The notes beneath the pieces were generated by a model, which was not told where the DNA came from, made no database searches, and saw only the letters and a list, made by a program, of their open reading frames with translations. The position numbers were made by a program, and so were the translations under genes. Below, piece by piece: positions 59,538 through 64,000 of a DNA stretch of 64,000 nucleotides. This stretch comes from an uncultured bacterium. Its GTDB lineage: Bacteria > Myxococcota_A > CAZTSL01. Each line of letters opens with the position of its first letter. Positions within the stretch are counted from its first letter, which is position 1. The DNA lies in contig CAZTSL010000006.1 in the NCBI GenBank assembly GCA_964616915.1, positions 3,929 through 67,928 on the forward strand, given 5' to 3'.

Positions 59538-59902
59538 AACACCTCCGGTGCCAGAGAGATGATCTTCATGAACTTCCTGGCGCGCAATTCCCGTGCGACC
59601 GGTCCGAAGATCCGTGTTCCGATCGGTTCCTGCGCCTCGTTGATCAGGACCGCGGAGTTGTCGTCGAAGCGGATGAAGGAGCCGTCGGGTCGAGCGATCT
59701 GCTTGACCGTGCGCACGATGACGGCCTTTTTCACGTCCCCCTTCTTGACCTTGGCGTTGGGCATCGCTTCCTTGACCGAAACGACGACGATATCACCGAC
59801 ATGGGCATATTTGCGCTTGGAGCCTCCGAGGACCTTGATGCACATCAGTTTCTTGGCTCCGGAATTGTCCGCCACGTTGAGCATCGTCTGCATCTGGATC
59901 AT
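59534..59902 (-). CDS. rplN: 50S ribosomal protein L14
   Basis: [18 protein letters not shown]... Confidence 0.95.
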   Translation of the reverse strand: MIQMQTMLNVADNSGAKKLMCIKVLGGSKRKYAHVGDIVVVSVKEAMPNAKVKKGDVKKAVIVRTVKQIARPDGSFIRFDDNSAVLINEAQEPIGTRIFGPVARELRARKFMKIISLAPEVL

Positions 59903-59937
59903 CCGTCATCCCCTCCAGGATCTCCCGAGATTTCGGG

Positions 59938-60204
59938 TCATCCCAACTCTTCGCGTTTGAGAATCCGTTGAACGCGCCATCGTTTTTCCTTGCTCAAGGG
60001 GCGCGATTCGATGATCTGCACGGTATCGCCGATCCGGCATCTATTCTCTTCGTCGTGGGCTTTGAACTTCTTGTGCCGGTGGATATACTTCTTGTAGATC
60101 GGGTGTTTGACGAGCCGGTCGACGCGAACGACGACGGTTTTGTCCATCTTGTCGCTGACGACGACGCCTACGCGTGTCTTGCGAATGCCCCGTTCTTTTC
60201 CCAT
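59938..60204 (-). CDS. rpsQ: 30S ribosomal protein S17
   Basis: ...[33 protein letters not shown]... Confidence 0.95.
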   Translation of the reverse strand: MGKERGIRKTRVGVVVSDKMDKTVVVRVDRLVKHPIYKKYIHRHKKFKAHDEENRCRIGDTVQIIESRPLSKEKRWRVQRILKREELG

Positions 60205-60220
60205 CTCGAGAATCCTCTGA

Positions 60221-60295
60221 ATGTTTCGCTCGGTTCGGATCTCCGGCCCGAAAAGGGGTGATCCGCCGCCCTAGATGTTTCGCTCGGTTCGGATC
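60221..60295. repeat. two perfect 21 bp direct copies (60221..60241 and 60275..60295) of the rpmC 3' end in the rpmC-rpsQ spacer
   Basis: atgtttcgctcggttcggatc occurs twice, 54 bp apart. Copy 2 encodes the last seven codons of rpmC. Copy 1 sits in the spacer, in frame with rpsQ. Confidence 0.85.
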
Positions 60296-60459
60296 GTCTT
60301 GATCCGGGCGATTTCCCGTCTCACTTCGGTGAGGCGGGAGGTCTTGTCGAGTTGGCCGGTGAAATGCTGGAACCGGAGATTGAACAACTCGTCCTTGAGA
60401 TCCTGTTCCCGTTGGATCAACTCTTCGGGTGTCAATTCCCGCAACTGATCAGCCTTCAT
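60271..60459 (-). CDS. rpmC: 50S ribosomal protein L29
   Basis: Internal start [31 protein letters not shown]... Confidence 0.9.
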   Translation of the reverse strand: MKADQLRELTPEELIQREQDLKDELFNLRFQHFTGQLDKTSRLTEVRREIARIKTIRTERNI

Positions 60460-60871
60460 ATCCACTCCCCCGTTTGACGAATCGTGTGCGGATCGGGAGT
60501 TTGTGGGCAGCCAGGCGGAAGGCCCGCTCGGCCACCTCGGGTGCGACGCCATCGAGTTCGTAGAGCATGCGTCCCGGCCGGATCACGGCAACCCACTCTT
60601 CCGGCGATCCCTTTCCCTTCCCCATCCGCGTTTCGGCGGGTTTCTTCGTCAGCGGTTTGTCGGGAAAGATCCGGATCCAGATCTTCCCTCCCCGCTTCAC
60701 GGCTCTGGAGACCGCGATCCGTGCCGCCTCGATCTGCCGGGCGGTGATCCTCCCGCATTCGAGGGCCTGGAGGCCGAACTCGCCGAAATGGACGGTGTTG
60801 CCTCGCGTGGCCTTCCGTTTCATCCGGCCCTTCTGCTGTTTGCGATACTTTACCTTCTTGGGTGCAAGCAT
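60449..60871 (-). CDS. rplP: 50S ribosomal protein L16
   Basis: [25 protein letters not shown]... Confidence 0.95.
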   Translation of the reverse strand: MLAPKKVKYRKQQKGRMKRKATRGNTVHFGEFGLQALECGRITARQIEAARIAVSRAVKRGGKIWIRIFPDKPLTKKPAETRMGKGKGSPEEWVAVIRPGRMLYELDGVAPEVAERAFRLAAHKLPIRTRFVKRGSGYEG

Positions 60872-60883
60872 GACGGCCTCCGA

Positions 60884-61528
60884 TCATCCATGTCGTGGGG
60901 GGGCGGGAAGCACCTCCCCCTTGAAGATCCAGACTTTGACGCCGATGACGCCATAGGTCGTCTTGGCCTGGGCGAAACCGTAGTCGATGTCGGCGCGAAG
61001 CGTATGGAGAGGGACCCGGCCTTCGAGATAGCGTTCCCGGCGTGCCATCTCTGCGCCCCCCAGCCTGCCGGCCACGGCGATCTTGATCCCCTTGACCCCG
61101 AACTTGAGCGCGGTCGATATGCTCTTTTTCATCGCCCGCCGGAAGGCGACGCGCCTTTCGAGTTGCAGGGCCACGTCTTCCGCGATGAGCTGCGCCTCCA
61201 CCTCGGGACGGCGTACCTGTTGGATATTGATGAAGATCTCGTGTTGGGAGTAAGCGGAGAGATCCTCTTTGAGCTGTTTCGTTCCGGCTCGCCCCTTCCC
61301 GATGATCATCCCGGGACGGGCAGCCAGGATGTTGATCTTCACCTTGTCCGTGGAGCGTTCGATCTCTACGTCGAGGATCCCCGCCTGGTAGAGTTTCTTC
61401 TTGATCACCTTGCGAATTTTCAGGTCTTCGTGGAGCAAGCTGGCATACTTCTTTCCCGCGTACCACTTCGAAGACCATGTCTTGATGACGCCCAACCGGA
61501 ATCCGGTGGGATGAACTTTCTGACCCAC
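60884..61528 (-). CDS. rpsC: 30S ribosomal protein S3
   Basis: [24 protein letters not shown]... Confidence 0.95.
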   Translation of the reverse strand: MGQKVHPTGFRLGVIKTWSSKWYAGKKYASLLHEDLKIRKVIKKKLYQAGILDVEIERSTDKVKINILAARPGMIIGKGRAGTKQLKEDLSAYSQHEIFINIQQVRRPEVEAQLIAEDVALQLERRVAFRRAMKKSISTALKFGVKGIKIAVAGRLGGAEMARRERYLEGRVPLHTLRADIDYGFAQAKTTYGVIGVKVWIFKGEVLPAPPRHG

Positions 61529-61664
61529 TTTTCACTCCCTACGCTTGCGGTGGAAACCCCTGAGTCGCGACTCGGGGCGAGGAGAGGGGAGCGCCAAGGA
61601 GAGGCGCTCGACATCGGTTTTCAGTTGTGGTCGAGACCCTCGATCGAAGAGGGAACGTCCCGCT

Positions 61665-62015
61665 TCAGGAGGAAGCGGCGAGCACCATCGTGATGTGACT
61701 CGTGCGCTTGAGGATCGGTGTCGCTCTCCCCATGGCCCGTGGCATGAAGCGATGAAGGGAGGGGCCGCCGTCCACCATCACGGTCTTGATGACGAGGCGA
61801 TCGAGATCGAGGGATTGCTCCTGGGCGTTGGCGATCCCCGACTCCAGAAGCTTCTTGAACGTCCTTGCGCCTCGCTTTTTCGAATAGGTCAACGTGTGCA
61901 GCGCATCTTCCGCTCGTTTCCCCCGGATCAGGTCGGCGATGAGCCTGAGCTTTCTCGGAGACTGCCGAACGAACCGGGCGCGTGCCTTGACTTCGTTGAC
62001 ATGCTCGTTTTCCAT
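61665..62015 (-). CDS. rplV: 50S ribosomal protein L22
   Basis: ...ARARFVRQSPRKLRLIADLIRGK... Confidence 0.95.
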   Translation of the reverse strand: MENEHVNEVKARARFVRQSPRKLRLIADLIRGKRAEDALHTLTYSKKRGARTFKKLLESGIANAQEQSLDLDRLVIKTVMVDGGPSLHRFMPRAMGRATPILKRTSHITMVLAASS

Positions 62016-62058
62016 GACGAAATCCCTTTCTCGATGTCATCCATTCCTGACGATGGCG

Positions 62059-62334
62059 CTACTTCTTCTTCTTGCGGTCCGCAGCGTGGGAGTAGAACGT
62101 CCGCGTCGGTGCGAACTCGCCGAGCTTGTGGCCCACCATGTTCTCCGTGATGAAGACGGGGATATGCTTGCGGCCGTTGTGCACGGCAAGGGTGAGTCCC
62201 ACCATGTCCGGCGTGATCGTCGATCGGCGCGACCAGGTCTGGATGACCTTCCGGCTACCGGTCCGCTGCGCCTCGTGTACCTTCTTGAGGAGGTGCGCAT
62301 CGACAAAAGGACCTTTCTTGACTGAGCGTGGCAT
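62059..62334 (-). CDS. rpsS: 30S ribosomal protein S19
   Basis: [19 protein letters not shown]... Confidence 0.95.
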   Translation of the reverse strand: MPRSVKKGPFVDAHLLKKVHEAQRTGSRKVIQTWSRRSTITPDMVGLTLAVHNGRKHIPVFITENMVGHKLGEFAPTRTFYSHAADRKKKK

Positions 62335-62345
62335 GATCCCTTCCT

Positions 62346-63167
62346 TTACTTACGGCGCTTGATGATCAGGTGATCGGAACGCTTGTTCTTGCGGGTCTTG
62401 TGCCCCTTGGTCGGTTTCCCCCAGGGAGAGACGGGGTGCCTGCCACCGGAGGTTCTCCCCTCTCCCCCCCCGTGGGGGTGATCGATCGGGTTCATCGCAA
62501 CACCGCGCACCTTGGGCCGCCTTCCAAGCCAACGGGTCCGTCCTGCTTTTCCGATCGAGATGTTTTCGTGATCGGGGTTGCCCAGTTGACCGATCGTGGC
62601 CATGCAGCCAAGAAGCACCATCCGGACCTCTCCCGAGGGGAGCTTGATGATCGCGTATTTCCCCTCCTTGGCCATCAGTTGGGCGTAGGTCCCGGCGCTG
62701 CGCACGAGTTGCCCCCCTTTGCCGAGCTTCATCTCGATATTGTGGATCAGCGTGCCGTCGGGGATGCAGCGCAGCGGCAGGGCATTTCCCGGCTTGATGT
62801 CGGCATTTTCGCTCGAGATCACCGTATCCCCCACGGAGAGCTTGAGGGGAGCGAGGATGTAACGCTTCTCGCCGTCCTGGTAGTGCAGGAGGGCGATCCT
62901 GCTCGAACGGTTCGGGTCGTACTCGATCGAGACGACCTTGGCCGGAATGTCGAACTTGTTGCGTTTGAAATCGATCACCCGATAGCGCCGCTTGTGGCCG
63001 CCCCCCCGATGCCGGCAGGTGATCCGCCCCTGCTGGTTGCGCCCCCCTCTCCGCTTCAAGGGGCGCAGGAGCGATTTTTCCGGCGTCGTTCGGGTGATCT
63101 CCTCGAAGGTGGAAACGGTCTGGGTCCTGCGTCCTGGAGAAGTCGGTTTGTATGCTTTGATTCCCAT
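62346..63167 (-). CDS. rplB: 50S ribosomal protein L2
   Basis: Internal [17 protein letters not shown]. The ORF track's upstream GTG extension was discarded. Confidence 0.95.
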   Translation of the reverse strand: MGIKAYKPTSPGRRTQTVSTFEEITRTTPEKSLLRPLKRRGGRNQQGRITCRHRGGGHKRRYRVIDFKRNKFDIPAKVVSIEYDPNRSSRIALLHYQDGEKRYILAPLKLSVGDTVISSENADIKPGNALPLRCIPDGTLIHNIEMKLGKGGQLVRSAGTYAQLMAKEGKYAIIKLPSGEVRMVLLGCMATIGQLGNPDHENISIGKAGRTRWLGRRPKVRGVAMNPIDHPHGGGEGRTSGGRHPVSPWGKPTKGHKTRKNKRSDHLIIKRRK

Positions 63168-63240
63168 CTTTGGCTCCAAAGAAATCGGGTTCAGGTCCAC
63201 CCACGATCGGTTCGCCGGATCGGAATTCTCGTCGTCTTCC

Positions 63241-63531
63241 CTACACGCCTTCGAAGAATTCGATCCGGTCGTCGGGCCGCAGGGTCACGATCGCCCGTTT
63301 CCAGGTCGGCTTGCGGCCGAAGTTCCGCCCGACCCGTTTGTTCTTCCCCCGAACCCGCATCGTGCGCACATCGAGTACCTTGACGTTCCACCGTTTCTCC
63401 ACGGCATTGCGAATCTCGATCTTGTTCGCCTTCGGGTGGACCGCGAAGGTGTATTGATTCAAATTTTCCTGGAGTTGCGCCGTCTTCTCCGTGACGACCG
63501 GACGGATCAGAACGTGGTCTGAGGACTTCAT
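63241..63531 (-). CDS. rplW: 50S ribosomal protein L23
   Basis: Internal start [16 protein letters not shown]. It forms an ATGA overlap with the rplD stop. Confidence 0.9.
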   Translation of the reverse strand: MKSSDHVLIRPVVTEKTAQLQENLNQYTFAVHPKANKIEIRNAVEKRWNVKVLDVRTMRVRGKNKRVGRNFGRKPTWKRAIVTLRPDDRIEFFEGV

Positions 63532-64000
63532 CGTTTCAGCGCTCCTTCGATCTTGGCCACACACCCCTGGGTGAGGAGGAGGTGATCGTATTTCAAGAGA
63601 TCGTAGACGTTGAGCCCCTCCACGCGCAAGACCTTCACATGAGGGATGTTGCGGGCGGATTTCTCGAGGACCTCATCCTTCTTCTCCGTGACGATCAGGG
63701 TCTTGCCCCCCTCGAAGCGTGCGAGGACCTCTGCGACCCGTTTCGTCTTGATCTCGGGGAGTTCGAAGGCATCCAGGATCTTCAACTGCTCGCTGCGCCG
63801 CTTGAGGGTGAGCGCGGAGCGGAGTGCGGCCTTGCGGACCTTCTTGGGAACGGAGAACGCATAGGAACGGGGTGTTGGGCCGAACACCACGCCGCCTCCC
63901 CGGTAATGGGGGCTACGGATCGAGCCCTGGCGTGCCCGTCCGGTCCCTTTCTGGCGGTAAGGTTTCTTCCCCCCTCCCCGGACGAGATGACGGTTCTTCA
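63528..64000 (-). CDS. rplD: 50S ribosomal protein L4, 5'-partial (continues beyond the window end)
   Basis: The frame stays open to position 64000. Translation of the last 110 nt gives ...QKGTGRARQGSIRSPHYRGGGVVFGP, the conserved L4 N-terminal region. Confidence 0.9.
   Translation of the reverse strand, partial: KNRHLVRGGGKKPYRQKGTGRARQGSIRSPHYRGGGVVFGPTPRSYAFSVPKKVRKAALRSALTLKRRSEQLKILDAFELPEIKTKRVAEVLARFEGGKTLIVTEKKDEVLEKSARNIPHVKVLRVEGLNVYDLLKYDHLLLTQGCVAKIEGALKR

Noticed and set aside
61529-61664. 136 nt gap between rplV and rpsC, longer than usual
   Set aside because: No ORF, repeat or structure was convincingly identified. It is probably just an extended intercistronic region, or the rpsC start lies at an upstream alternative codon.

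Overview
This is a 64 kb window of a high-GC (about 65-68 %) bacterial chromosome, densely coding on both strands and mostly housekeeping. The 3' third (49.6-64.0 kb, minus strand) is a complete S10-spc-alpha ribosomal superoperon. In order it runs rplD(partial)-rplW-rplB-rpsS-rplV-rpsC-rplP-rpmC-rpsQ-rplN-rplX-rplE-rpsN(type Z)-rpsH-rplF-rplR-rpsE-rpmD-rplO-secY-adk-infA-rpmJ-rpsM-rpsK-rpsD-rpoA-rplQ. Other recognisable core genes are gyrA, glgP, mutS, purS-purQ-purL-purF, cmk-rpsA-ihfB, a Fur/PerR-rubrerythrin-CCG Fe-S-DUF3501 cluster, hbd and a Zn-dependent dehydrogenase.

The non-housekeeping content is concentrated at 3-12 kb, 19-20 kb and 38-47 kb. The most interesting signal is a co-directional cassette at 6.7-8.1 kb encoding a small beta-grasp ubiquitin-like protein, a UBC-fold E2-like protein with an HPN...Cys active-site signature, and an intact JAMM/MPN+ metallopeptidase. 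No E1 is present in the window. The cassette lies between a secreted PHP-domain lipoprotein and an MCE protein plus a PqiC-like lipoprotein carrying an unusual ~550 aa C-terminal extension.

Other notable items are: an 814 bp low-GC islet inserted at the 3' end of mutS, flanked by 82 bp imperfect direct repeats that duplicate the mutS 3' end and carrying a minimal nucleotidyltransferase cassette; an N-terminally truncated ndh (NDH-2) remnant; a CPBP protease adjacent to an apparent orphan DNA methyltransferase; two secreted proteins with thrombospondin type-3-like Ca-binding repeats; an uncharacterised 666 aa secreted protein behind a near-consensus promoter; and a 21 bp duplication of the rpmC 3' end in the rpmC-rpsQ spacer, which is open and in frame with rpsQ.

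No rRNA, tRNA or CRISPR array was detected. All coordinates derive from the ORF track plus codon arithmetic; regulatory-motif coordinates are approximate (about +/-2 nt). Product calls rest on motif and similarity reasoning and were not confirmed by database searches.
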